Origin: Zootoca vivipara
Taxonomy: Eukaryota
Assembly: GCF_963506605.1 (NCBI RefSeq)
Contig: NC_083287.1
Span: forward strand, 57,722,001 to 57,786,000
Length of the DNA: 64,000 nucleotides
Direction: 5' to 3'
The notes beneath the pieces are model-generated. The model saw only the letters and a list, made by a program, of their open reading frames with translations. It made no database searches and had not been told where the DNA came from. How positions within the stretch are numbered: position 1 is the first letter of the stretch; each line of letters starts with the position of its first letter. The position numbers were made by a program, and so were the translations under genes. Below, piece after piece: positions 1-12,630 of the stretch.

Positions 1-1349
1 CGCACACGCCATCCGCCGGAGTCTGTCTTCGCACACAGGGAAAGCCCCCAACTCACTGAGGGTTTGAGAGTCATTGGCTCCCCTCACCTGGTCTAGCTGG
101 CCAGTTGAAGCCCTTCCCGTGATGTGGCCGCTGTCTCATGCCGGCAGCATTTGGGAACCACAGGTGGGAGTGAAGCTTAGGGACCAAAGGGGAACAAACT
201 ATCCCAGAAGGAGCATGACCCAGAGGTATGACCCCTCCCCTAACACCCCATTCAGCCTAATCCCCCCTCCTGCAAATCAAAGAATTCTAGACTTGGAAGG
301 GATCCCAGGGGTCATCTAGTCCAGCCCCCTGCAATGCAGGAATCTCAGCTAAAGCACCCATGACAGATGGCCACCCAGCCACTCAGTGGTGACCTTGGGG
401 GGGGGCAGTCTCTGCCCTTCTCTCAGCCCCACCACCGGCCTCAGCGTGTCTTCGTGGGAATTAAAGGAGGAGGAGGGGGGGAGCAGATAAGCAACTCCAA
501 GCTCCAGGGAGGGAACAGTGGGAAATAAATGCAATGAACAGACAGACAAAGACTTTATTTTGTCTGTCTGGAGAAGGAGCGAGGCTGATTGGCGAAATGC
601 TGCTGGGAAGATTTCTCCTCTGCTTCTTGCATCACCCTGAGAGAGGCGGCCCAGGCCTTCTCCAACTTGCCAAGGCCACTTGCCCAAGAGCCAAGGCTCC
701 GGATCAGCACCATACCGTGGCAGGGCCTGCAGATGGCAGGGAGGGGGGCGGTGTGCCAAATCTGCTCCTGCTCCCCCTTGTCAAGGACAAAACTCTCTGC
801 CTAGTCACACACAGGAAGGTCTCTGCTGGGATCAAAAGCCTTAAACCAAACACACGTTTCATTGGAGAGGCAGCGGCCGTAACCCAAGGCCACCCAGTGA
901 GCTTCATGGCCAGCTGGGGATTTGAACCCTGGTCTCTGCCACATCCTAGCCCGACACTCTAACCCTTACTCCACACTGCCTCGCTCTCGATTGCCTGCTT
1001 CTGGCTCGCAGATTGCTTTATCCTACAAAATCTTAATAGGTCACTGGGGCAGGGTGGGTGGGTGGGGGATAGACCTCTGGAGTGCCCCTCCCAACGCTAC
1101 AATCCTGTGGTCTTGTGTGTGGCATTGAGGACACCCCCAGTTCCGGGGGGGGGGGCGCGCTATTGGGCCGTCACTCAGTTGTAGAGCCTTGCAAGCAGAA
1201 GGTTCAAACCTCAGCATCTCCTGATCGGATAGGTCAGTGGTCTGACTTGATGCAAAGCCTTTTCCCTACGTTAATAGCTCAGCCCTTTATTCGGGATCAT
1301 GAAGACTAGAATATTTAGAGGACTGGCTGGGCAGAGCTAACAGCCCAAC

Positions 1350-1588
1350 CCTTGGCGAGCCGCTGCTGCTGCTGCCGGTCAGTGTGGCCCCCACTGAGCT
1401 ATATTGGCTCGGCGAGGTCAGGCATCTCGGCGCGCTCCTCTCGGCGCAGCGCAGCAGAGGAAAGCGGCGCGGGGAGGGCAGAGAGCTCTTGCCAGGAGCC
1501 GCCACCGTCGCCGCGGCTTCTCCTGCAGCTGCAGGAAGTGGATAGTGGAACCTCCCCGAGGCTGCGGTTGCGGTTGCTGCTGCTGTTG

Positions 1589-1623
<35 letters not shown>

Positions 1624-2270
1624 GGATGTCTTGCAACAAACCTCGCGCGGCGCCGTTGCTGGGCGAAGCTGAGGAGGAGCGCGGAGCTGCCGCCGCCGCT
1701 GCTGCAAAAGGTACGTTGTTGCAGCAAATAAAAGGCGAGGAAGGGAGGCAGCGCCGGCCCTCCCCTCCCCTCCGCCAACCCTGCGGGCCGGATCCTGCCT
1801 GCAGTGCCTCGTGCAAAGCGGAGCAGCAGCAGCAGCAGCCCGGGCACGGTGAGGCACTGCTAGGGTGGGAGGGGGTGCCCCCCCCCGCAGCTGCCGTGTG
1901 AACGGAGCGTGCGTGGGGAAGGCGATCCGGAGCAAGGCTATTTTTTTATTGGGGGGGGGGTGTTGGATAGAAGCAGAGGACCCCCCCCCTCCAGTCTTCC
2001 TCTTCCCAGCCTGCCTCCCCTCCTCCTCCTCCTCCCTTTCTTCCTTTCGGGCCCGGGCTGACTCCTCTCCGGGCGCACGTGGCCGGCCGGCGAAGCTTCC
2101 TCCCCCTTCCCCCCGCGGCCCTCGGCTCGCTGCAATCCGGCCCCGCGGGCGCTCCGGCCTCCGCCCAGTCTCCAGCCTCGCGCGGAGGACGGCAGCGGGC
2201 GCCTCTGCCACCGGCTCCCCGCGTGACCTTGGCCCTGTTGCTCCGCGTTGGACGCGCCGGCGAGGGATCC
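1350..2270. promoter_or_regulatory. CpG island / promoter and first exon of the zinc-finger gene
   Basis: Very GC- and CpG-rich stretch with (CCTG)n and (CAG/CTG)n runs. It contains the predicted ATG (1626) and splice donors at 1711 and 1849. Confidence 0.8.
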
Positions 2271-2765
2271 CCAATCCCCCCTGATTTTGCCAATCAATCA
2301 ATCAATCAGAACCCGCGGGGCGGATTTGTTTCTTGCACGGTGTGCATTTGGGCATACATACATACATATATATATGTATGCCCAAATGCACACCGTGCAA
2401 GAAACAAATATATATATATTTGGTATTGCATCTGCAACTCGCAAGCAGGATCCGCTCTTTCCGGCGGGATCCTGAAGCCTTGGAGAAGGCTCAAGGCCGG
2501 CAGGAATCTTCCACAGCCTTTGCAAAAACAAAACAAAACAAAAAAGCCCCCAAGACTGCAGGCCCCACGGAGGCCTGCCTGCAAATCCAGCCGCACAGGT
2601 AGAGCTGCCCAGTTGCATTCTGGGACTTGCAGTTTCTTCTCCCCCCCTCCCGGAGTTAAGGTGAGGCTGTGATTTGGATGACGTCATCGCACTCTTATCC
2701 CCCTCCTTGGGAAAGAGGGAGAAAGGCAGGTTGTGTGAAAGCTTGAGGAGTCTTGTCTGGGCAGA

Positions 2766-2829
<64 letters not shown>

Positions 2830-5336
2830 CATTATTTCTTTTAAGGAGGGAGCTTTGGCGCTGTCTGATTCAGAGCTGGCTCAACAAAAGCCCTCAGGCT
2901 TTTGGCGCAGTTTTTCCTGCAGCGCCCTCCCTGCGAGGTCTGCCTTCCGCCTGGGGAAAAGGAGCGTTGACCCAAGCCTTGGGTGCCTGGGGGTGGGGTG
3001 GGGGCAGGGGGTCCCTTGAAGGTGCAGCTGCTGGGATTTAGGAAGCTGATGCCTTGTGCTGAGTCAGACCACGTGGGTCTCACCGGCTCAGTGTTGCTTG
3101 CTCTGACTGGCAGCAGCTCTCTGAGTCTTTTGGAATGTGTGTGTGTTCGGAGGCTAGGTCCTAGCCAGACATCCTGCAAGTGGCCTCGTCTGCGTTCACA
3201 TTATCCTGTTTACTTTGCCCCCCAAATCCAGGTTTTTGGTGAGCTGGGAAAATGCAGGCTGGTGTGGGCCTGTGTGTGTCTCGACGCCTGACCACACCTG
3301 GAGAGATTTTGTCAGCTGCCGGTCCCTTTTGGCAATTTTGGACTGGAGCTCCAAAATAGAAGAATACTGGACGATTTTTAAATTTATTTCGACACCGTCA
3401 GACCAACATGGCTACCTGCCTGAATCTACCATTCTATGATTCATTGGAGCTTTTGAAACAGAAGTTGGCTGTCTGACAGGGAATCTTCAGCTGGGATTCC
3501 TGCATTTCAGGGGGTTGAGCTGGATGACCCTTTAGGTGCCCCTTCCAGCTCCACCATTCTATGGAACTATTCTGTTGTGCTCATGTTTCATAACTGCCTT
3601 GATGCCAGCATTATTATAGTTGTTCTTTTCCTGGTACCTTTTCTCATACTTTTAAAACATCAATAAATATCATATGGTGAGGGGAGAGAGACTTTCTGCT
3701 CTTCATCAGGCAATGGTTTTTTTCCACCTCTTTGCTCCCACCCTCTAGCCCTGGGAGCCTTTTCCAGGCCATGACTTTAGGGACAGCAGAAGCAGCTGGG
3801 AAGATCACGGATGTTTTTTTAAAAAACCCACAATTTTGTGTGTCTTTGCTTCTCGATTTGTGTTGTGTTATTTTATGCACTGAGACTTGCTGGTGTTTTT
3901 ATTGATTACAGCTTCGGAATTATTGTAATCGTTAAGAGTGAATTTCTGTTTAAATATTATTTGCTGGTGTTTAAGTTTATTGTGTGCTATTCTACTCTAA
4001 TGGATTATTGAATATTACTTTATTGGACATAAGCTGTTTATTTTAAAGTTATGTTTTTTATTATGACATTTTTCGTATTGGGTCAGATTGTTGTAAGGCT
4101 GTTTCTGTAGCTTGTGAACCGCCTTGTGTAGTACAGCGGTACCTCGGTTCTCGAACGGAATCCATTCCAAAAGCTTCTGAAACGCTTGAAAACCAAGCTT
4201 CTTGCACTCAGTGGAAGCCACGTTGCACGTTTGGGTTCCGAAAAACATTTGAAAATTTACTTCCGGATTTTTGGCATTTGAGAACCAAAACGTACGACAA
4301 CGGAGGCGCTCGAGAACCGAGGTAGCACTGCACTAGAGAAAGGTGGCGTGCAGATTAAAAGCGAGATGAAATATAAAAGTAAAATGAAATAACTTCCTTG
4401 TGCTTTCCCTCTCTCTTCCCTCCCCCTCCAGGAAGCGAGGGCCCCATGGAGGGAGACAAGGAGCCGCCCGTCCGGGGCCACCAGGCTTCCCCACCCGGGG
4501 GTGACAACCCCTTCCCGTTCCCCGCCTGGGAGGAGGGCTCCGGGGACGAGAACGCCCTGGTCATCCACAGCCAGGTGGAGGAGGAAGAGCACAAGTGCGC
4601 AGCGTGTGGCGAGAGCTTCCCGCACCCGCTGAGCCTCTTGCGCCACCAGAAGCAGCAGCACGCGGGCGAGCGGGCCTTTGTGTGCCCCGAGTGCGGGCGT
4701 GGCTTCACCCTCAAGCACAACCTCATCATCCACCAGAGGATCCACACTGGGGAGAAGCCCTTCGGCTGTGGGGTTTGTGGCAAGCGTTTCAGCCTCAAGC
4801 AAAACCTCCTGACCCACCAGAGAGTGCACGGCGGCGGCGGAGAAGGGTCCCCGTCCTGCCCCGTCTGCGGGAAGACCTTCCGGGAACAGCGGCTGCTCCT
4901 CGCCCACCGCCAGAAAGGCAGCTGCGGCCCCCCTGCCCAGGAGAAGCCGGGGGCGCCCTCCCCGCCGCGGATGCACACCCGGGGGAGGCCCCGCGTGCCG
5001 AGCGAGGAGGGCGATGTGCAGAGGCCGCTGCGGGTGAAGCACCAGCAGAAGCCCCGCCAGAACGGGGCGGCCTTCCCCTGCCAGGAGTGCGGCGAGGCCT
5101 TTGGCCGCCGGAGCAGCCTGGCCGGACACCGCAGGACCCGCCACCAGGCCGAGAGGCCGCCGCTGCAGGGCGAGGAGGGTCGGAGGCGCCCCAAGGAGGC
5201 CCCCGCGAGCCCCGGCCGGAGGCTCCACGCGGGAGACGCCCCCTTCCAGTGCCTGACCTGCGGGAAGAACTTTGTGCAGAAGGGGAACCTGGCAGCGCAC
5301 CGGAGGAGCCACCTGGGGCAGGAGGCGCTCGGCTGA
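1626..5336 (+). CDS. C2H2 zinc-finger protein; model join(1626..1710 or 1626..1848, 4432..5336), 329 or 375 aa
   Basis: Terminal exon has 5 canonical C2H2 fingers (e.g. CPECGRGFTLKHNLIIHQRIH-TGEKPF) plus one degenerate finger. A polypyrimidine tract and AG end at 4431 (phase 1), matched by phase-1 donors AAG|GTACGT (1711) and ACG|GTGAGG (1849). No KRAB/SCAN domain seen. The terminal exon is much more certain than exon 1. Confidence 0.85.
2324..2409. repeat. Perfect 37-bp inverted repeat with 12-nt loop
   Basis: 2324-2360 is the exact reverse complement of 2373-2409. Confidence 0.95.
2769..2824. repeat. (GT)n microsatellite
   Basis: About 28 GT units. Confidence 0.98.
4134..4330. mobile_element. 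Tc1/mariner (Tigger/pogo-like) MITE
   Basis: TIRs CAGCGGTACCTCGGTTCTCGA...TCGAGAACCGAGGTAGCACTG with TA on the left; related copies at 34405 and 59901. Confidence 0.7.
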
Positions 5337-8235
5337 GGGGGGGGCTGCCCCTCCAATGGGCCGCGTCAGGGCGGGGGGGGGGGGGTCGGAGGAAGAAGAG
5401 GAAGGTCCTGGAAGCGGAAGCACCTGTCTGGGAAATGGGAGCGCGGAGGGACTTGGGGATAAGGTCTGGGAAGGGGAGATCGAGGGCCTCCTAGCAGAGC
5501 AGCGATTGCCCTGCCAGGAATATGGACCATAACCGCTCCAAGAACTTGGCATCCCATCAGCCTTGAAACATTCCTTGGGGACCCCTCCTTTCTGAAGCAA
5601 AAGCCCATTTGCTACACATCAGCCGCATTTCAAGCTTGGGTGTGCCCTGAACTTTCATAGGTGGGATTTTTCTCACGCCGTGCCATCGTTTGGTTTCTGT
5701 TTTGGGCAGCGACGTTGTGCTCCTCTTTAAGTTTCCGTTCTGAGCCATTGCACCAGCGCACCGTTACCTCCGCTCTGGGATTTCCCAGCGTTTACGTTCT
5801 GCTTCCCGTTTTACAAGTACGGACTCCCAGGTTTATTTTCCCCCAAACCCCGTTGGGTGGTTAATTCCTGCCCTCCCCTAAGATCCACGCAGCATGTCCA
5901 GCTACAGCCTTCTCTGTTCTTTTGCTCCTGCAGCAGAGTCATCTGGTTTGGGGGACGGGGACGGGGTGTCAAAATTGTTGCCAAAGATAATCAACACAAA
6001 CTCGGGGGTTGCCGGGGGAACAGAACTGGGGTACACAAAGGTTGTATTTGATTGCGGAGGATTTTGGCCCGCCGTGCGTCGTCTTCCTGTGGATTTGAAC
6101 CTGCAGCTCAGGGGAGAATCTCCTGCTGACAACTGCATCTTGCTAGACACATTGGAGGAAGGTGGAGTGATTGCACTATGTACCGGAGAACCCACACATT
6201 TGCTAGAGAACCCATAAAAGAGGGCAGATGATGTGTTTGCCGGTTGTTGCTGGAAAACGTCTTCGGAGGAGAGAGGAATTCTGAAGAGCTGTGGCAACAT
6301 TCTCTTCTGAGATTCTGGGTTCCAGAGCCTGATTTCCAGATCCACAGAAGGAAAAGACCATGTGGGAGTTTAGGCCATGGAAGGACCTTTTTGGATAGCT
6401 TAATGTGGGGAAAAGAAGTGATTGTAAAAGTTGAATGTTCTGAAACCACTTAGGTGCCCAGAATTTTGGGGATGGTTTTGAGCTGGGAGAGAAACTCCCA
6501 TAAAACACTAGAGTGGCCTTCACCGAGGCTGGGTCCTCCACATGTTTTGGGGCTCCCGGCCTCTCCTCGGCCCCAGCCAGCCCAGATGTAGCCCCCGCAA
6601 TCCTAGCATCACACAGCTAGGGTTGCGGGGAGTCAAAGACATCTGGGTTGTGCGAGGTTGGCAAAAGTGAGCTCCGAAGATCTGATCGAGAAATACACCT
6701 GCTGCATGCTTTTGAGTTGTGTGCGTGTGGGGGGGGGGTCTCTCATCCTTAAACCCTGTTGGGAGGGGGCTTCTGCAGCTGATCTCCCCTCACCAGGTTA
6801 GTATCCAGCAGCTGCAAAAGGGTCATGCTACTGAGCTCTGTCGTTCCCTCCCTGGAACGGACTCCGCTGCTTCTGCTACGGTCCAGGGGTTTCAGTTTCT
6901 CTGTTACACAAGGCTTAACTTGAGCCTTCAACATGTTAACGTATGTTTCAAGCGTTTTTAAGCACTCCTGTTTCAAAGTGCGCACAATGGGCGGAGATCT
7001 TTGTGGAAGTTGCACGCCGCAGCAGCATTCGGAAAGAAAAGAAAAGAAAGTGTTATGTACCTCTGTGGAGATCTTCACATGGCATGTTACCCGATCCAAA
7101 GTTTCGCTCCAAAGCGCTGCACCAGACTTCAGCGACCTGGTGTCCTGCAAATGTGGTGGGCTCTGCCGACAGGTAGGTGATGGGATTTGTACTCCCAACA
7201 CACCTGGAGGGCACCAGGTTGGCAATGGCTGTGCCAAGCCATTGGGCACATTCCTGGTCTGGCTGAATGAGAAGTATTGGATGAGGATGGGATGGGCAGG
7301 GCCTTCCTGGTGTTGGGACCTGTTGGGACCTCAGGGGTTTCCCATGTGTGCCTGATGCAGAATGGATATGGTATTGATCAGTGTCCTTTGCTGGGTGGCC
7401 AGAACAGGTTAAAAAGGGTTCCCTAATTGATGTGTGAGATGAGAACCTATTTCAGGGGTGGGTCCTGGTAAACAGGTGAGCTTGTCCACATATCCACCAG
7501 GGAACATTTTGTGTCCAAATTAACTCACTAGCTCCTTAGTAAACCACTTTTTTTGCTGTTTTTCTACAACTGCAAAAAAGGTGGTGGTTGTCAAATGGAT
7601 CTTGTGATCCATTATGGGTGGTCAGGGGTCTCCATTCAGCACAGCCTTCAGCAACCTGGTGCCCTCTGAGGTTTTTTTTTTGGACTACAACTCCCATCAG
7701 CCCCCAGCCAGCACAGCACCATGGGTGTTGTAGTCCAAAACAGCTCAGGAGTGTTACCACATTGCTGAAGGTTTTCTTTGCTGGCTCAGAAGATGGATGG
7801 GGCAAGGAGGCCGCCTTCCCTCTGCAAAGACACGCTTGGGAATTTCACGTGACCGGCCTCCCAAGATGGTCCCATCACGAGAAACGCCTGGCGGTTATAC
7901 TGGTTATTCACGTACAACAATCTGTGGGGTGCCTCTTCTTTCTCTAATAGGCAAACGGCAACGTTGAAAAGTGGTTTTTTTGTTTTGATTTTGTTGATGT
8001 GGCCTTTTCAAAACTGGCAGGGCAATGTGGTTTTGCAAAAGCTCCCTGGCAAAAGAAGGACCCATTTTAATGTGCTGTGAAAATGAGCAATTTCTAACCT
8101 AGGTCAATTTTGAAAGTGTTGTCCTGTCTGGAGAAGAATGCAGGGGTGGAAGTTGGCTTCTGGTTTTTCTCCCCAACCCTAAAAAATTACTGGGTGAAGA
8201 CAGTCCTGGGAGATAGTCACTCAGGTTGAAACTTT

Positions 8236-8365
8236 NNNNNNNNNNNNNNNNNNNNNNNNNNNNNNNNNNNNNNNNNNNNNNNNNNNNNNNNNNNNNNNNN
8301 NNNNNNNNNNNNNNNNNNNNNNNNNNNNNNNNNNNNNNNNNNNNNNNNNNNNNNNNNNNNNNNNN
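8236..8365. other. Assembly gap (130 N)
   Basis: Run of N. Confidence 1.
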
Positions 8366-8856
8366 AGCATCCTCTGTAGAAAAATGCCACTTTGAACCTT
8401 TGCAGCTTTGCCTTCTGGGTCCCCTGGAAATATCCCCCCCTCCTTCTGCGCCCTCTCCAGACACCCAGATGACGACCACTTAGATGGGTCGTGCGCAGCA
8501 TTAATGGTGGCTGGAAAGCAGAGGTTTGCGCAGAGCAAGACCTCTCTGCCCCTCAAGGCAACGTGGATCGACTCCCCTGGGGTGGTTCTGGCCCGCCAGT
8601 GAGAGCCAAGAGCTGCCTCTCGACGGAAGACGCTTGATGCAAAACTCTAGTGCTTGGATGATGCACCTTATTCCCCCAACTGCTTGATCCTCTTTCTTGG
8701 TTGAATAAAATTAAGTTTGCCTTTCCTTCGGCTCCTTGCTGTGGTGATTTCTCTTAAATGAGCAGAAGGATCCCCGACTCTTCACCGGCTGGGGGTTGGT
8801 TGTCGTCTTTCCCAACTGAGGCCACATCCATGCCATAATATTGGTAGTAGGAATAT

Positions 8857-8932
8857 TTGAATTATGGTGCTGCAGGAGACTCCTGGGAGTCCCATGGACT
8901 GCAAGAAGATCAAACCTATCCATTCTGAAGGA

Positions 8933-8981
<49 letters not shown>

Positions 8982-9798
8982 TTTATTTATACCCCGCCCT
9001 CCCCAGTCAGAACCGGGCTCAGGGCGGCTCACACCAATAAAATTACAATGAAACATAAAAAGCAATTGATTAAAATACAGATTAAAATACAGTATTAAAA
9101 TTTAAGTTTAAAATGCAGCCTGATTTTAAGTAGTACATAAATCCAAGCCATGAGGGAGGAAAACACAGGGGTCAGACTAAGTCCAACCCAAAGGCCAGGC
9201 AGCTCTGTCTTGCAGGCCCTGAGGAAAGATGACAAATGCTGCAGGGCCCTGGTCTCCTGTGAAAGAGCGTTCCACCAGGTTGGGGCCAGTACTGAAAAGG
9301 CCCTGGCCCTAGTAGAGGCCAATCTAGCCACCCCATGGCTCGGGATCTCCAGAATATTGTTTGTGGACCTTAAGATCCACGCGGGGCATACCAGGAGAGG
9401 CGGTCCCGTAGGTACGGGGGTCCCAAGCCGCATAGGGCTTTAAAAGTCAAAACCAGCACCTTAAACCTGATCCTGTACTCCACCAGGAGCCAGTGCAGCT
9501 AGTAAAGCACTGGATGAGTGCTCAGCCCTGAGTGCTCATTGGAAGGACAGATTGTGAAGCTGAGGCTCCAATACTTTGGCCACCTCATGAGAAGAGAAGA
9601 CTCCCTGGAAAAGACCCTGATGTTGGGAAAGATGGAGGGCATTAGGAGAAGGGGATGACAGAGGACGAGATGGTTGGACAGTGTTCTCGAAGCTACCAAC
9701 ATGAGTCTGACCAAACTGCGGGAGGCAGTGCAAGACAGGAGTGTCTGGCGTGCTATGGTCCATGGGGTCACGAAGAGTCGGACACAACTAAACAACAA
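8857..9798 (+). mobile_element. BovB (RTE) LINE 3' fragment split by a minus-strand L2 insertion (~8936-9520)
   Basis: BovB sequence stops at ...AAGGAAAT (~8935) and resumes at TCAGCCCTGAGTGCTCA (~9522). The intervening DNA is L2-like with an (AAT)n tail. Confidence 0.8.
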
Positions 9799-9799
9799 G

Positions 9800-10290
9800 T
9801 AATATTAAATTATTATTATTAATTATATTACAGTACTTGTACCTCATCCATCTGACTGGGTTTCCCCAGCCACTCTGGGCAGCTCCCAACAGATTAAAAA
9901 CAGAATAAAACATCAAACATAAAAAACTTCCCTAAACAGGGCTGCCTTCAGATGTCTTATAAAAGTCAGAGAGTTGTTCATTTCCTTGACATCTGATGGG
10001 AAGGTGTTCCACAGGGCAGGCGCCACCACCAAGAAGGCCCTCTGCCTGGTTCCCTGTAACCTCACTTCTCACAGGGAGGGAACCGCCATAAGGCCCTCAG
10101 TGCTGGATCTCAGTGTCCAGGCTGGACGATGGGGTGGAGACGCTCCTTCAGGTCCACTGGGCCAAGGCTGTTTAGGGCTTTCAAGGTCAGCACCAACACT
10201 TTGAATTGTGGTTGGAAACGTACTGGGAGCCAATGTAAGTTTTTCAGGACCAGTGTTATATGGTTTCTGCTGCTCCCAGTCATGAGTCTA
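9800..10290 (-). mobile_element. L2 LINE 3' fragment
   Basis: Reverse complement of the L2 3' end seen at ~59130-59520. Confidence 0.8.
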
Positions 10291-10431
10291 GCAGTGTGGG
10301 TTTAAAGCGCTACAGGGCCACTGAACAGTCATGGCTCCCCCCCCCTCCTGCAAAGTATTCTGTATAATTTGTTATGGGTACTGAGAGATGCAAGGCGGTC
10401 CTTATATTGTCATCCCAGTGAGGACAATATA

Positions 10432-10686
10432 GTGAGCTAGTGTGGTGTGGTGGTTAAGAGCAATAGACTCATAATCTGGGGAACCAGGTTCGCATCTCCG
10501 CTCCTCCACATGCAGCTGCTGGGTGACCTTGGGCTAGTCACACTTCTTTGAAGTCTCTCAGCCTCACTCACCTCACAGAGTGTTTGTTGTGGGGGAGGAA
10601 GGGAAAGGAGAATGTTAGCTGCTTTGAGACTCCTTCAGGTAGTGATAAAGCGGGATATCAGATCCAAACTCCTCCTCTTCTCTTCT
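10432..10686 (+). mobile_element. tRNA-derived SINE (CORE/MIR-like squamate SINE)
   Basis: A-box (TGGTGTGGTGG) and B-box-like (GGTTCGCATC) motifs, a GTGACCTTGGGCTAGTCAC core, and a simple-repeat tail. Confidence 0.65.
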
Positions 10687-11869
10687 CCTAGAGTGGTTTT
10701 AACAAATCCCTCTTCCCAGGGGACTACGGGAATTCCAGCCCAGGAAACCTGTGTGAGTTTGTCCAACAATATGCTGCGACAAGGCTCTATTCACACCATA
10801 GACTTAAAGTGCTATGATACCACTTTAATTGTCACGGCTTTCTCCAAACAATTCTGGGAGCTGTAGTTTGTTAAGGGTGCTGCGAAGCCCTGGAGCCCCT
10901 CGCAGAGCTATAGCTCTCAGAGTTCCCTGGGAAAGGCGACTTGCTGTTCAACCTCTCCGGGAATTGTAGCTCTGCGAAGGGGTCTGGTCAACTTGGCAAC
11001 TTTTTTCGGGAAGCCAGGATTGGGGACTGTAGCATGTTAAGGGTGCCGAGAGGAGTTAGGAGGCCCATGTTCCCCTCACAGAGGTACAATTTGCAGGAGG
11101 TCTCAGCAGTCAGTCCCTGTGAGGGGAACGGGGTCGTGGGTCTCCTCTAACAACACCCTGATCCTACACCCCACTGGTATCCGAATCTTAAGCTCATATT
11201 TCTGTGGATCAAAACGGTTTTACAGTATTGGTGTAAGTGACATGGCTGCTGGATAGACCATTGCCAGAATATGTCCTGCATGGCCTCCTTAGTAGTGGTA
11301 CTTGGAGACCCTGAGAAAGAAAACTCTGCTTGGGTGTCTCCTTTTAGCAAACGCAGGAGGAGGATGTGTCAAATGTTGCCAGAGGAAGAGAAACTTAAAC
11401 ACGTAGCAGAGTTCCCAAAAATAGAGATCAGAGGCAATATTTCATCCAGAAGAGCTTTACTGTTCCTGAAGGCAAATGAGCAGAATGGTCACAAATCCAA
11501 TACATTCAGGATTGGCAAAGTCCATAAAAACCCAGTTGCAGCAGACTTAGCTTAAATGAAGAACTTACAAGAACTTATAACAAGGATAAACCCTTAACAC
11601 TATATACAGAACAGAACAAAGCGATAGAAAGAGAAAGTGGGAAGAGAAACCCAGGCTCTTCCTGGCCTGAATATTGCAGTCAGCATGACCTTGCAGAAGA
11701 GATAACAGAAGCAGAGGAAGCCAGCTGCTTCTCAGAAGGTCACAAACTCTCTGGCAGGCTCTTTTCACGCACAGAAAAGTTCTGTATCATTTTGTAAGTT
11801 TTTACTCCGCAGATTGACAGGATGGTGGTAACAGAGAGAAGGTAAATAAAGGGAAGATAAGGCAAGCAG

Positions 11870-12630
11870 GAGGCAGTGAGAGATTTTACTTTCTTGGGCT
11901 CCTTGATCACTGCAGATGGTGACAGCAGTCACAAAATTAAAAGATGCCTGCTTCTTGGGAGAAAAGCAATGACAAACCTAGACAGCATCTTAAAAAGCAG
12001 AAACATCACCTTGCCAACAAAGGTCCGTATAGTTAAAGCTATGGTTTTCCCAGTAGTGATGTATGGAAGTGAGAGCTGGACCATAAAGAAGGCTGATTGT
12101 CGAATAATTGATGCTTTTGAATTATGGTGCTGGAGGAGACTCTTGAGCAGGCATCCCCAAACTGCGGCCCTCCAGATGTTTTGGCCTACAACTCCCATGA
12201 TCCTTAGCTAACAGGACCAGTGGTCAGGGAAGATGGGAATTGTAGTCCAAAACATCTGGAGGGCCGAAGTTTGGGGGTGCCTGCTCTTGAGAGTCCCATG
12301 GACTGCAAAAAGATCAAAGCTATCCATTCTGAAGGAAATCAGCCCTGAGTGCTCACTGGAAGGACAGATCGTGAAGCTGAGGCTCCAATACTTTGGCCAC
12401 CTCATGAGAAGAGAAGACTCCCTGGAAAAGACCCAAAAGATGTTGGGAAAGATTGAGGGAACCAGGAGAAGGGGACGACAGAGGACGAGATGGTTGGACA
12501 GTGTTCTCGAAGCTACGAACATGAGTTTGACCAAACTGCGGGAGGCAGTGGAAGACAGGAGTGCCTGGCGTGCTCTGGTCCATGGGGTCACAAAGAGTCG
12601 GACACGACTAAACAACAACAACAACAACAA
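11870..12630 (+). mobile_element. BovB LINE 3' fragment with nested hAT MITE
   Basis: ORF pieces match the 23421-24659 RT C-terminus; (CAA)n tail. Confidence 0.9.
12148..12283 (+). mobile_element. 136-bp hAT MITE
   Basis: TIR CAGGCATCCCCAAACT...AGTTTGGGGGTGCCTG; perfect 8-bp TSD CTCTTGAG. Confidence 0.92.

Noticed and set aside
1287-2301. Many long overlapping ORFs
   Set aside because: Stop-poor CpG island with low-complexity translations; only the spliced 1626 frame is phase-consistent.
2677-2688. CRE palindrome GATGACGTCATC
   Set aside because: A plausible site, but a single short motif with no other support.
3365-3427. Second Penelope-type end with a hammerhead (also ~63889-63913)
   Set aside because: Only the terminal ACCAACAYGGCTACC-type tail is present; no CUGANGA/GAAA core found.
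4257-5600. 447-aa and 333-aa antisense ORFs and the 299-aa alternative frame
   Set aside because: Shadows of the GC-rich zinc-finger exon.
5894-7355. 100-166-aa ORFs downstream of the ZNF gene
   Set aside because: No motifs or consistent exon chain; probably 3' UTR or intergenic.
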